The notes under the pieces are model-generated. The model saw only the letters and a program-made list of their open reading frames with translations. It did not search any database and was not told where the DNA came from. A stretch of DNA of 62,991 bases, filler included, from Folioceros fuciformis (Eukaryota): the NCBI GenBank assembly GCA_049999805.1. It is 5 parts of 5 records of this genome, joined end to end, with 100 filler letters (N's around TTAATTAATTAA, not from the genome) between each part and the next. Parts side by side here need not be neighbours in the genome. Positions count along the whole stretch, not along the records: positions 47,173 to 52,022 come from JBNGIO010001047.1; positions 52,123 to 62,991 come from JBNGIO010001048.1; 3 more parts are not named here. One strand, given 5' to 3'. Position 1 is the stretch's first letter. Every line of letters starts with the position of its first letter. Positions 47,373 through 60,281 of this stretch are shown here, piece by piece. The translations under genes were made by a program, and so were the position numbers.

Positions 47373-48448
47373 TCTGCAACAGGTCTGGTGTGATAAATCA
47401 AGCCCTGCTGAATCACACTTAAGGGTGGGTATCCTTGCAATGAACAACAAATGGAAAGCAAGGAAGGGGAGGCAAGAGTTTATGTAAGCACAGTCATTTG
47501 ATAATGCTTGGAAGACGAAGATGCCTTTGGAGATCACTGCACATAGATGCCTTTGCAGACTGTCCTTATAGTCCGGTAGCCCGGCAGCTCGGCAGCCCTT
47601 GTGGGTGATAAACCGTGTGAAAGACATGGCCACGACGCATACGGTATCACCGTCCTAGGCTCGTGTTCTGCATATGTCTTACTTTTTCATAATGGGCTAA
47701 TAAATTAAGGTGGTATGATGGAGAAGGATGCAGGAGCAGGCGGCGTGGGCCGCCCCAAGTTTGCAGCAGTGACAGAGATGCAAGCGGCGGGGAACGTGCC
47801 GACATACTAGGACGGAAGCGCAATCCAGATCCAGCTGCGGCAGCAGCAGCAGCTGCAGCTTTAGCTCCAGCTCGGATGGGGCAGCACAAGGTACGGCCGG
47901 CCCTGGCCTTGGCCCTGGCCCAGGCCCAGACCCAGGCTCAGGCTCAGGCCCAGGCTCATGTGTGTGTGTAGGAGGAGGTTCTGGGTTCGGTTCATCTCGC
48001 TGCCTAGTAGACAGGAGACTTCTCACCTTCCAACATCTCTCCTGCTGCCCAGCACCTTTTTATCTAGTCTACGGCCTTGTGACTGTGAGACATTTACAGT
48101 CTACCCTGCAGATGTGTCCGCTTTACACAACATATACATCACGCCACACCACACCACACCACACCACACCACTGAGACTGCGATACCCAACGCTGCCAAC
48201 CCGGCGCTTAAATAGTCCAATCGGTCGCCAAATCCGCAGTCCCAGCTGCGCAGAAACTAGGAGCACAAGCAGCAGCTGAAGCAGCGGCAGTGGCAGTGGC
48301 AGTGGCAGCGGCAGGGGCGGAGACTGATTCTTCGTGCCCCCTGCAGGCACTGAATGCGGAGGCCGCCGTGGCACTTCCCCCCGATTTCGACTCCCCCACC
48401 ACCCACCGCCCCTCTTTCTCTGCCCATGCGCCCTGCTGGAGCTCGCGG

Positions 48449-50785
48449 ATGACGGCTGATATGCACCAGTCTGCAGTGTTCGCCTGGTGTGCGCCGCTCT
48501 GGAAACTGCATGTTGTGGTTGCAGCGCAGCGCAGCTGAGCCGAGCTGAGCTGGGCTGTGCTCGGGGAGTTTTGTGACCGAGCTTGTGATTGGGTGGGCAA
48601 TTGCAGGGGCGCTGGGGAGGATGGCCAGCTCGGGCTAGGCGGGACGGAGGACGAGAGCTGGGCCCGGGTGGTGGACGCGCTCTCGGATGTTCGTATCGTG
48701 AGCGTGGTTGCTGGCAGTAGGAATTCGTTGGCGATTGCGGAGGATGGCGGGGTGGGTGGATGCTTGTTCTCGCTCCTTGTCCGCTTCCTCCCTCTCTTCT
48801 CTCCTCTTCTCTTCCCGTCCCCTCCCCTGCCCTCCCCTCCAGTCCCTTCCGCTCTTGCTTCCACCCGCACTGCCTGCCTGATGCTTGTCGCTGACTTGGG
48901 GTTGCTCAATTCCGGTCCTCGTTCTGCCAGCTGTACACGTGGGGGTGGAACCAGCGGGCGACTCTCGGCCGGCCTCCGACCTCCAAGACCGAGTGCCTCC
49001 CCAGCAAGGTGCGGGCGGTTTTGGTTGAGAGGGGAGAGTGTGTGGAGGTGGTGGGGTACTAACGTGGGTGTCGGCAGGTGGCGGCATTGGCGGAGGTGAA
49101 GATCGTGCAGGTGAGGCTCGCTCGGACTGGTGGTTTGGTGGAGCTGGGATAGAGATGGGGAAGTGTTCTTGCTGAGTTGTGGTGTTGGTGTGAGACCAGG
49201 CGGCAATCGGAGGGTGGCACTGCCTGGCGGTGGATGACCACGGCCAGACCTATGCTTGGGGTAGGTGCTTTTCGATGCTTCGCCAGGACCTTGGGGATTG
49301 CTGCTGGATAAGGCTTATGGGGTGCATCACTTGCAATTGCAAGGGCTGTTGGGTATGCAGGTGGAAATGAGTATGGGCAGTGTGGAGAGGTGTGGAACAC
49401 CAACGGGGAGAAGGTGGAGCAGCGGCGGGACACTCAGATTCCCAGGCAGTGTGCGCCCCACCTTCGAGTGCGGCAGGTGGCCGCAGGAGGTACTCACTCC
49501 GTGGTCTTGACTGATGGTGGGGAGGTTTGGACGTGGGGTCAGCCATGGCCTCCGGGTGATATGTAAGTGTCTTGCTTTTCTTCTCTGTGTGTCACCATTA
49601 CTAGTTTTTCCTGCTTCACGAGCAGGTGTCTCATCGTTGCTTCTGTTGGCAGCACCAAGATTTCTGTTCCGGCCAAAGTGCAGAACCTGGAGTCGGTGCA
49701 GACGATTGCAGTCGGTGCGTTTCACAATCTGGCCCTTGTGGAGTGTGGAGAAGTGTGGGCATGGGGGAACAATGAGTATGGGCAGCTAGGCACTGGTGAC
49801 ACTCAGCCACGATCTCTGCCAGTTCGTGTCAATCAATTGGACCAAGTCCCTCTGGTGATTGGCTGTACCCGGTTTCTTGTGTGCTAGTTCTCCAGCAAGT
49901 GCGTGGTGACGGGAGTGGTGGGAGAGAGGAGAGGAGGGGGGACAGAGAGGGCCGGGTTGGTCGTGACGGCACCAGTTGATTGTTCCTGTTTTGTCTGTAG
50001 GTTGTTGGCGTCGCAGCTGGAGGTTGGCACTCCATGGCGTTGACGGCAGACGGGCAGGTGACTCTCGTTTCCTTCACTTCATGTCAAGTGCTGTTCGTCA
50101 GTCTTTCGTACCAGCTAGTTGCTCAGTCCCCTGTCGACCTCGGCCACTTACCATTACAAACTGCACGGCCAGGTCTATGGCTGGGGGAGAGGAGAGCATG
50201 GCCGGTTGGGATTCGGCGATGACAAAAGCAGTAAGATGCATCCTGCCAAAGTGCAACTTCTGGCTGAGGAAACCATTATTCAGGTCTGGATTACGCCATG
50301 TGTTTGCGCTCTGAATGCACTCTAGAAGCGTGCATGTGTGTTGATGTGAGCTATGGTTTGGTATTGAAGCAGGTATCTTGTGGAGGCACACATTCAGTAG
50401 CCTTGACCATTGATGGGCGTATATACTCTGTGAGTTGGAATTCCTCGCTCCTCGCCCACGGCGCGTTTGTTTTGTCGATGATGGAAGCTTATGAACTTAC
50501 AGGGGGTCACCTGCGTTGCAGTTCGGAAGAGGGGACAACGGGCGCTTGGGATATGGCTCAATGATCACAACAGGCCACCCTCGGGAGGTGCCGATAGAGA
50601 TCCTCCCCAAGAAAAGACAGATTCTCACCAACGGACGCAGAAGGATTTTCTCTGATACCATGAAGCTGGACAGCACCGAGGAGAAACTGGGTAGCTGGTG
50701 TGTCAGGAACGTAGCCTGTGGTGGGCGGCACACTCTCGTCCTTGCGACATGGGAAGCTGGCACTCCGGAAGACAGCCCAGAATAG
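48449..50785 (+). CDS. RCC1-repeat family protein (not UVR8), multi-exon
   Basis: AVFAW-GAGEDGQLG, VAGSRNSLAI, LYTWGWNQRATLG, AAIGGWHCLAVD, WTWGQPWPPGD, IAVGAFHNLAL, WGNNEYGQLGTGDTQPRS, WGRGEHGRLG and VACGGRHTL. The start is ATG 48449 or 48461. Confidence 0.9.
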
Positions 50786-52022
50786 AAAGCTCAAACCTGA
50801 GCTCCAGTCGCAGATAGCCTAGCCTACTACCTACACGTCCTATCATTCCTCTCCTCAGCATCCACACCTCCTACAGTTCCCTTCTTTTTTTTGATGGTCA
50901 CGCCTTATTAGGCCTGGCACCCATGACAGACTTGAGTTTCTCATATAAAACCCGGCCATAGCAAAGCTCTTGCACCTCCCACTCCCTAGACGTCCACACA
51001 GGGCCTAGCCCTCTTCCTGTGTACATACATGCACACAACTTTGGTATCAGCAAACCAGTCTGAATCCAGCTTACATTTCATGTTGCACCTGGGCCATGTC
51101 GCATCTGTTCGGTGCAGCAGATTCTGCACAGTGGAATCCTGAGCTGCCAGAAACATGCGGTACGTGTGACCTGCAGGGCCTTGTTTACACCAAGGCACAG
51201 GATGCTTGTGGCCGAGAGGGCGGAAGGTAGGTGGTGCATATGTTAATGTTGTAGCAGGTCCAGTAAGCGTACGAAATTGACCAACTGCACCGTCACCTTG
51301 CACATATCTCTGTGGTTGCGGTCATCACAAAGCCCTCGATTCCAGTCAGCAGATCATATCTGCTTCCTGTCTTCCCTTCTTGTCCGAACCTGAGCCAGCG
51401 TGGTCATGAGCCTCCAGTTTCCAAACACTGCAAATTTTCGTACTGGCAGTCCAGATACAGTATCTCCCGGGGTCCTAGCTGACTCAGACAGGGCCCAGGC
51501 CCAGGCTGGGCCCCCGAGTTCCGGGCCCCGGGCCCCTTTCCCATCTTCCGTTCCGACCACGTAACTACAAGGCACGGGAAGCTCGAGGGCCTTCTTCATC
51601 AGCCTCAACATTCCACTACACAAAACCTCTCCACATACATACATGCACACTGCACAGTACTGCTGGGCCCACGCCTTTCCTTTGCCCTATTGGAAGAAAA
51701 GCAGCTCCACAACCCACTGCTTTCTGGCGCCTTGGAAGAATCGAAAGGCTGCACCACCACCGTTGCATTCTCCGCACTTTAACACAATCCCATCGGTTCT
51801 TGCTCTGCCCCGGCGACGTGCCATAATTACTTTCAAATATGTACAACTTTGTTAGCTAATCGCCTTCAAAACTTAACTATCCACCTAATCTCATTTATTA
51901 CAAGTAAAATGAATTATTTAATGAAAAATTATGAAGTGAATATTTTTTATTATGTTAAAAAAAATGATGCATATGTTTGGTCGGTCGTGAGTATGAAATA
52001 CCAATACGGTCATGTGCTCTGT

Positions 52023-52122
52023 NNNNNNNNNNNNNNNNNNNNNNNNNNNNNNNNNNNNNNNNNNNNTTAATTAATTAANNNNNNNNNNNNNNNNNNNNNN
52101 NNNNNNNNNNNNNNNNNNNNNN
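52023..52122. other. Assembly gap spacer
   Basis: N run with TTAATTAATTAA. Confidence 0.98.
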
Positions 52123-52847
52123 GCCGGGCCCGGCCCCTCGGGCCCAAGCTCCGGCCCGCATCCTATGGGCGGTGGCCCGCCGAAAAGCAGCAGCCCCCGG
52201 CCCAGCTCGGGCCCCGCGTTTTTTAAATTCATGCTAATTCGCCACACTGACGCATGCCGGTCTTCCCCGTCTTTGACCTCCCCCTATCCCCACCTACCGC
52301 CCTTTCCACACATTAGTTATCTCAATCTTTCTGCACCGGGCCCTTCGTACCTTGTACATTCGACGGGGCAATCCATCACCTTCCCTTCTTCCGACCCCAC
52401 GCTCACGCACACTTGCATTCAATTCACATGCTTGCGCACTTATATGCTTTCCACTCACATGCGTCGGCTCCGCACAGGGCCAGCGCCATGGCCGGGGCAA
52501 GGGCAAGGGCCACGGCCACGGCCAGGGCAGGGGCAGTGGCAGTGGCAGACAGATTCATCAGCTTTTCCGGGAGGCGACTGCCCGGGAGACGGTCCCTTCT
52601 CTTGCGCGTCTCGCCACTTCACTTCAACTATGCCGGCATCCGCGCTCAAATGACGAGTCCCTGCCAGCAAAGTGCCAACCCTAATCCAGTTGCTCCATGC
52701 GCCGGGAATGTGTCCCGCGTGTGGAGGAGAGTTTCCTCCAGCTCCACATTTACATCTCCCGGGACACGGGCTCCTCTGCCATTACGCATATGACCTGTAC
52801 ACACTCTCGGGAGGTGGAGTGGGAGTGGAGCGGAGCGGAGCGCTCTC

Positions 52848-53646
52848 CATATTTACGTCAGGGTCCTCTCCTTTCACTTTGCACTTCCCAGTAGTACGAT
52901 AAGGGTGCCGTACCGGCGTGCCTACACTCGCATTCATGTGCAATCTTCGGTACCCTTTGGGAGAGGACGGCAGTCTTTTTGTCATCACAAGATTCAAGTG
53001 TATGATGACGAGATGGCTCCCAACCTGAAGCCGAAGCCTCTGGATCTACACCCAGAGGCTTCTAGGTTGCTCCATGCGTATCCCCCGGGGGTCCCGATAA
53101 CAAAATAATATACACCTGTCCACTGGGAAGCCGATCCAAGCTCCAGATGGCTCTCATCCTCCGTCCCTGTCTCGTAGCAAAATTACATTCCCAGCCATCT
53201 CAGCCGCGCCAAGTGCGCCGTGCCTCCCGCTTCCCCGCTTGTCTACATATTTACGTCAGGGACCTCTCCTTTCACTTTGCGCTTCCCAGTAGTACGATAG
53301 GGTACCTTACTGGCGTGCCTACACTTGCATTCATGTGCAATCTTCGGTACCCTTCGGCAGAGGACGGCAGTCTTTTTGTCATCACGAGATTCAAGTGTAT
53401 GACGACGAGATGGCTCCCAACTTGAAGCCGAAGCCTCTGGATCTACAGCCAGAGGAGGCTTCTCTAGGTTGCTCCATGCGTACCCCCATGGGGCCCCGAT
53501 AACAAAATAATATAAACCTGTCCACTGGGAAGCCGTCCCAAGTTCCAGATGGCTCTCATCCTCCGTCCCTGTCTCCTGGCAAAATTACATTCCCAGCCAT
53601 CTCAGCCGCGCCAAGTGCGCCGTGCCTCCCGCTTCCCCGCTTGTCT
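52848..53646. repeat. Two-copy direct tandem duplication, period ~398 bp, upstream of ASNSD1
   Basis: CATATTTACGTCAGGG starts at 52848 and 53246. Both copies end GCCTCCCGCTTCCCCGCTTGTCT, with scattered substitutions and small indels. Confidence 0.95.
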
Positions 53647-53817
53647 TCAGGTTGTTCTTTGTTCTCAGCTCGGCTTAGTGTTTTGGGATAGGGTTTCAGG
53701 CAACTGTCGTGTCTTCTTGTCTTGATCTGGTCGCGGCCCTGGGCACTGCTGCCACGGCCACGGGCACGAGCTGAGACTAAGACTGAGTCTAAGGCTAAGG
53801 CTGTCCCGCCTCGGAAC

Positions 53818-56800
53818 ATGTGTGGGATTGGGCTCGTAGCAGCGGGCGTGCCAATTGTACGCGGACTGCGCAGCAGCAGCCCATCGGGGATCCGGGATTT
53901 GCTGGGAGCTTGTGTCGGGGGGGAATTGGAGCGTTTGTTTGCGGTAGCAGGAAGCAGCCTTCCCAGTGAGTGCTCACAGTTTCAACCGGATTTTGCTGCC
54001 GGTCAGGGTGCTGCTGGGCTGCGGCCTACGGTTGAGGATTTGTGCGGGTGTTTGGAATTTCGGGGACCGGATCAGATTGGTGTGGAGACCGTCGTCTTGA
54101 CGCGGAACGAGCAGGGGAGCGAGGGATTGGGCTCGGCTGGGGATGCGCACGCGCCGTCTCTGCAGTTTGTGGGTTCGTTGCTGCAGCTGCGAGGGGACCA
54201 GCCAGTAGCGCAACCACTGAAGGATGGGGGTGATAATATTCTGGCGTACAATGGTGTGTGCCAGTGCGTTTCTTGCTAGAGTCTGTTTGTGTCGTCTTGC
54301 TGCTTGATTGCATTCTGTGGGACTGAGGCGTAGGCTGCGTATTTCAGGGGAAATATATGATGGGCTTCCCGTTGGGGATGGCGAAAATGACGGTGCTGCC
54401 TTACTTGCTGCCTTACGGGGCTGCTGTTGCTGCCCGGTTCTGTCGAGCAATGGAGATGGAGCATCTTGTTCTTGTGAGACTATTGTACCTCGCTTACTGT
54501 CGAGTATAAGGGGTCCCTGGGCACTGATCTATTGGCAGGTGAATGATCCGCATTGTTGCATCGCTTGTTTGTTCGTAGCACATGTGTTAAGAGGGAATCT
54601 TGTGAAACGAATGTCGCGGGATGTTCTGTGCCAGGCCAGGTCTCGGACTCTGTGGTTCGGGCGGGATGCAATTGGCCGAAGAAGTCTTCTGGTGCACTGG
54701 CCATCGGCGTCTGATGCTCGGTTGCTGCTCTCATCAGTTGCGCCCGCGCCAATGGAAGAGCTTGGTACAAATGGGACTTGCAATGGCCCTGCAGTCAGTT
54801 CCAGTTGTGCGTCGGACTACTGGGTTGAATTGCCTTGTGGATTGTACACCATCAGCCTGGAAATTCCAGAATCAAGAAATCTGGCCAGGTCGGAATTCGA
54901 TGCTTGCCAGAAAATGTCCTTCCAGGCTGAGGTGTATGGTGTTCTCCGGCTTCATCAATGGCAGGATCCACTGTTGAGAAAGCTAGTAGCCTGGGAAAGG
55001 CAGCAAGTCTCCCCTGTGCCTACCCCTGGCACAGCATCAGAACCTCGGGATGAAGTGGGAAAGGAAGATAATTCAGTGTCTGCAGCAGCGCACAAAGTCT
55101 TGAAATGCTTGCATAGAGCAGTACAACTCCGTGTCACCAAGATTATGGACTTGAAGGTGGTAACTCTGTCTTGCTGCACCGAAGTCCTTCAGAAGTGTCC
55201 AAAGTGATATCAGAGTGTGGACTAAAGGTTGCAATCTTACTCCTTGTAGTGACCAGTATATTCATGCAGGTTGTGCAGGACAGGAGAGGAGTGCTTGTAC
55301 TACATCGTCTAAGCCCTGTGCTCCTGTCGCAGTGCTCTTTTCTGGTGGACTCGATTCTATGATATTGGCTGCATTGGCAGATCAGTTGCTTCCTTCACAC
55401 CGTGGGTGTCAATGCCTCTAGCTGAATATGAAATGTTCACCAGTCGCTGTAAAAATTTGGATGTTACTAAGTCCGCCGAATTCGTTCTCCAGTGGGCATT
55501 GATCTCTTGAACGTAAGCTTCGAACGAGCTACAGCACCAGATAGGATGACAGCAGTTGCGGGCCTTGCAGAACTGCAGATGATTTCTCCTCGGAGACGGT
55601 ACTTATTCTTCCTTCTCCTTGACTCTGCATTGAAGTTCCTGGTCGCAAAGGGCTAAATTGCTGGGACTTGGCAGGTGGACACTGGTTGAGATTGATGCAG
55701 ACATGGAAAAAGTTGAGAGGGTTCGAAATCAAGTTCTCGCCCTTATATGTCCTGCAAAAACGCACATGGTCAGCTGGTTCCTTCGAACTTGTTGTTGATA
55801 CAGTGTATATATACAGATGCCGGCAGGCACAGCTGAAACTGATCCCCAAGTTGAATCAACCTGTGTGCATGTGCAGGACTTCAATATCGGAGTCGCCATG
55901 TGGCTGGCAGCAAGTGGTCGGGGATATGTGAATGGCAACAGCGGGACGGGAGAATCATGTCGGACGACCTCAGATAGACATGCTTACGAATCGAAAGCCC
56001 GGGTCTTGCTGGTTGGTGCGGGTGCGGATGAGCAGTGCGCTGGATACGGGCGCCATCGCACCCATTTTAAGGCAGGAGGGTAATGTGAAGCAAATCCTTC
56101 TGTTTTGTGTTTTGGAAGCATTGCAGCGATTGTCACAGCAGTCTATCCGGACTTAACGGGAAAGCTTGTAAAACCTCCAGATGGACAGCATTACAGGCAG
56201 AGATGCAAGTCGATGTACAGAGGATATGGAAGAGAAATCTTGGTAGGGACGACCGATGCATTGGGGACAATGGGAAAGAGGTATACAACGCGTCCACGCT
56301 CTGAGAACAAGATTCTCTTCTTGTTGCAAAATGTTTTCATGTGCATGTTCCAGGCTTGCGTTTTTCCCTTTTCGCAGTCTTTGCAGATCTGTGTTGTGGT
56401 CCCAGTCGTTTGTCTGGAAAACTTAGCGGGTGGTTGGTTAGTTGATCACGGGTTGGTCATGTCAGGCACGATTTCCTTTTCTGGACGAGGAAGTCATGGA
56501 AACGTTGTTGGACCTTCCTCTGTCGGATATAGCCGATCTAACGAAACCACAAGGACAGGGTGACAAGAGGGTCTTGCGAGAGGTCAGCTGTCATTCATAA
56601 CCATTGCACATCGTTGAACAAGAGTGTTCTCACGCAAGAACTTTTGAAAGAAGGACAAATCCATGCGCGCAGGTAGCTTCACTTCTGGGTTTGAAAGGCG
56701 CTTGCTCTCTCCCCAAGCGGGCTATTCAGGTATCGCTCTTGTTCCTACTCCGAACTGTTTGCCTAAATAATGGTTGCATGCTCTGACAAGTTCGATGTCG

Positions 56801-56930
56801 TGGCATCCAGTTTGGAAGTCGAATTGCAAGAGAATCCAACAAAAGGGAATTTGGTAGCAACCGGGCAGCTAATCTGGCTTCGGCAGGGAGTGTCCCATAC
56901 AATTGGGATAGAAGACCGAGTGCCCAGTAG
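53818..56930 (+). CDS. ASNSD1: Asparagine synthetase domain-containing protein 1, multi-exon
   Basis: Ntn start MCGI; FRGPD, LLQLRG, LAYNGEIY, IRGPWALIYWQ, LWFGRDAIGRRSLL, VAVLFSGGLDSMILA, IDLLNVSF, APDR, LLVGAGADEQCAGYGRH, RNLGRDDR, ARFPFLDE and LPKRAIQFGSRIARE. Confidence 0.93.
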
Positions 56931-58073
56931 AATTCCACATGAGTTCAAGTCGTAGCTTTCTACATCATATTCAATTTTTTCTTGGTCCTCTCCTTGGCTA
57001 TGCTGCTCAGTTCCTACTCAAAATTCGGTTCAAATTGCAAACAAGTCGAATCCATTGACAAAAAATGCGTTGAAAGTGTGCACGTGACTTGATGGAGCTG
57101 CAGTGGGACCCTAATGAGATCCTTCGGGTTGGCGCTTGTCAGCACTGCCTGGAGGAATGTGTACTCATGACACTTCTTTCGCATTAACATGTATAGCATT
57201 TTAGCCACCAATGAGACGTTCCCTTCTAGAAACGCAGTAATCTTACCCATGTGATACAACAAGATAAGATTCAGGTGCACCGCCTTCTTAAGACTTCGTA
57301 GGTGTTTCGATGTCTTGCTGCCTGGACAATTCAGCTTGAGGACTAGAGAGGTTCCACCAGTAGCACGACGTGAACCATGTGTTATTGTGTGAACCCTAAC
57401 AAATATAACAGTTTGCTCAGGCCTGCTTACCTCCATGAACGTGGTGCTTAGAGGATGTGCGCGCGTATGCTGGTTGAAGCGACCGTTGAGACGTTCAGAC
57501 CGGGATACCGGGCCCCGAGCCCAAGGCCCAGGATCCCGGGCGTGCCGTTGGGGAGTGGCAACGGGATCAGAGCCGCGTTTGAACCGGCCCGTGTTTTCCG
57601 GCCGCGCGACAAACCTGCCGAACAGTTTGTTGGCCCGGAGAAACCCCGACGGGCTACTCCGACTCCGTCTCTACTGATGACAATTGGCACTGCGCTTCAC
57701 ATGATGATCTGTTGCCTCTGCTCCGACGTCGACTCCGACTCCGACTCCTGCTTCTGTTCCTGCTCGGACTGTTCCTGCCTCTGGCTTCGCGCTGCGAACT
57801 CTCGTCTCTTTCGACGCCGGCATTCCCGCCTGCTTCCGTTTCTGCTTCTGTTTCTCCTGGCGCACGCCGATGTCCGGAAGTCGCCTCATCAGCGGGATTG
57901 CCGTTGCTGCTCCTCTGCTTCTGCCGATGTGCCCGGAATCTCCACAGCGTGCTGCTCCTCGCGTCGGGTATGCGCCTCAGCGCCGGATGCCGGGTTCGAC
58001 GCACGGCTGTCAGATTGTGTGAGCAAGGATTGAAGGCGAGCGTGGAGTGGAGTGCAGTGCAGCGCAGCGCAGG

Positions 58074-60281
58074 ATGTTCTGGTCGGGAAGGTCTGGAAGG
58101 GCCAAGGAGGGCGCTGCAGGTTCGCGAAAGGGGGCCGGGGCCAGGAGGTGCGTAGCGCTCTTCTATGTGGCGTGCCTGCTCGCCGTCCTGGGCACGATAC
58201 GATGGCAGACTGCTGGTAGTTATTTTGGATATGTGGATGCCGCACAGGATGTGATGTGATTGGGAAGCTCACGTCTTGACAATATGTGTTTGGTGTGGCT
58301 AGGGTCGGCTTCTGCTGCTATGTTGACCAAGCCCAGGCTGCATCTGAGGAAGGAGGTGAACGCGGTCAAGAGGCAGGAGGATGACATGTTTTTTCAGGAG
58401 TCCGGGAAATTGAAGCTGCAAGGATCGTTTGTGCAGGACGTGGTTGCGCATCCCGACGAGCTGCTGCTGCTGCTGCGGGTGCCGGAACGGTCCGTATTGC
58501 CGGGGAAGGAGTGGCTGTCGTGCTACTTCGGGAATGGGACCTACACTGCTGTGACGGGGGTGGACTTGTATGGGACGCTGAGGGCGGCAGTTAGGTGCTT
58601 GTTTCCTCCGCCAGGTGTGTTTTGGAGCGCGCGGAGGATTTTCGTGGAGGATGATAAGGGGTCGGTGTACTCTTCGTCCAGGGTCTCATATGCGGTGCCT
58701 TTGGAATGGCAGTTTTTGGTTTTCGACTTCTGGTCGACCAGGGAGGATATCGTGCTTTTTGCCAAGGGAATTATGCGGAAAAAGAGGGATATTGCAGACA
58801 TTTCGAAGATCAGGTGTGTTTATGATGGGGAGTTGGAAGTGCCTGTCACCACTGCTGCTCAGGAGGTGTTCAGATGTCCTCATCCGCCTGGTGAAGTGAG
58901 GCACAGGTTTGTGGATAGGTTGCTGACCTTGAAGTGGGATGGTGATTTATTGCCATCCATCGTGTACTACGAGCCTGCAAATATGGATGATGTGAGCCCG
59001 GGTCGCAGCTTCGGTAGATCGCTTGATAGTGTCGACAAGAAGAGGGAACTGGTGGCCAGCGGCGGCGGCGACGACAAGAGTATTGCTGGCAGCAGACACT
59101 CCAGGAGCATGGAGCGGCTCAGTAAGAAGGCTGCCTCTGAGCAGGGACGGGGAAAACTTGTAAAACCAGGGTTTGAGATGAAGGAGCATCTCTTGTGCTC
59201 CTGCAACGTGATTTGGAACGGAGCCAAATTTCTGAGGGAGTGGGTGACGTACAATGCCTTCCTGGGGGTTGACAAGTTCTTTTTCTATGACAATAATAGC
59301 GACGATGAAACCCAGGAGGTCATTAGAGATCTTGCACTCAGTGGCTACAACATCGCAAGAATAGTTTGGCCTTGGATCAAGGCTCAAGAAGCTGGGTTTT
59401 CCCACTGTGCAATTATGTCGGCGCGCGAGTGCACCTGGATGATGTACATTGACGTGGATGAATTCGCGTTCCCGGCAAAGTGGTTGAACGACTCTGTTCT
59501 AGAGACGGAATCAAGCCTGTCTGTTGGGATGGGAGGCTTATCGCCATCTCCAAAAAGCGCTTATGGGGGCATAGTGCGCTCCGAAAAAGGTGCGGAGATG
59601 ACAGAGAAAGGAGTCGTTCAGGAATCAGGTGAAGATGAAGCCTCTGCAGAAGAAATGTCTGCAGAGTCTCTAGTATTCCAGAATGAAGCGTCTCGTAGAG
59701 ATGCTGAGAACTGGTTAGCAACGGCTTCCCCATTTCGAGCCCCTTTGGCTTCTTTGATATTGGAAAAGAGCACGATGTTGAAAGGAAGACGGAAAGTTGG
59801 CCAGATATCCATAAGGTGTAGAAACTTTGGCCCGTCTGGGCTAAGTGAACATCCCATAAGGGGGGTCACCATCGGTTACACATGTCGGGTGGCTGCGGTG
59901 CAGAGACATAAATCTTTAGTGCTGCTGGATGGCATCAACAAGTCGCTGAAGAACTACGTCCACCATTTTGACTTGGCCCCAGGATATCAAACAGTCCACG
60001 TCCATGTCTCAAGTGCTGTAATAAATCACTACAAGTATCAGGTATGGGATGAGTTCAAAACTAAGTTCAAGAGGAGAGTATCAACGTACGTTGCAGATTG
60101 GACGGAGATGAGGAGGCTGGATTCCAAGGATCGGGCTCCAGGACTGGGAAACACAGCAGTGAAGCCAGTCGACTGGGATAATCAGTTCTGTGAAGTTAAG
60201 GACTTCGCGTTGCGGAACTTTTCACTCCGAGTGTTCTCTGCAGGAAAAGGAGAAACCATGATCTGGCAGAAGAGAACTTAA
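58074..60281 (+). CDS. Glycosyltransferase family 92 (DUF23) protein (exons 58074-58215 and 58303-60281)
   Basis: Type II TM anchor in exon 1 with a phase-1 intron; DIVLFAKG, AAQEVFRCPHP, FLREWVTY..LGVDKFFFYDNNSDD, WPWIKAQEAGFSHC, DxD motif YIDVDEF, FGPSG, RHKS, NHYKYQVW..FKTKFKRRVSTYVADW and SKDRAPGLG. Confidence 0.92.

Noticed and set aside
47647..49206. Long low-complexity or antisense ORFs (e.g. 48208-49206 minus, and similar shadows over the laccases, MEBL and GT92)
   Set aside because: They are explained by GC-rich microsatellites and antisense shadows of real exons, with no domain signatures.
48449..50785. UVR8 photoreceptor
   Set aside because: It lacks the repeated GWRHT motifs and the C-terminal VP region. 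It matches another RCC1 subfamily (WGQPWPPGD).
53147..53425. ASDURF-like conserved uORF ahead of ASNSD1
   Set aside because: The ORF spans the junction of the local duplication and shows no coiled-coil or prefoldin-like character.
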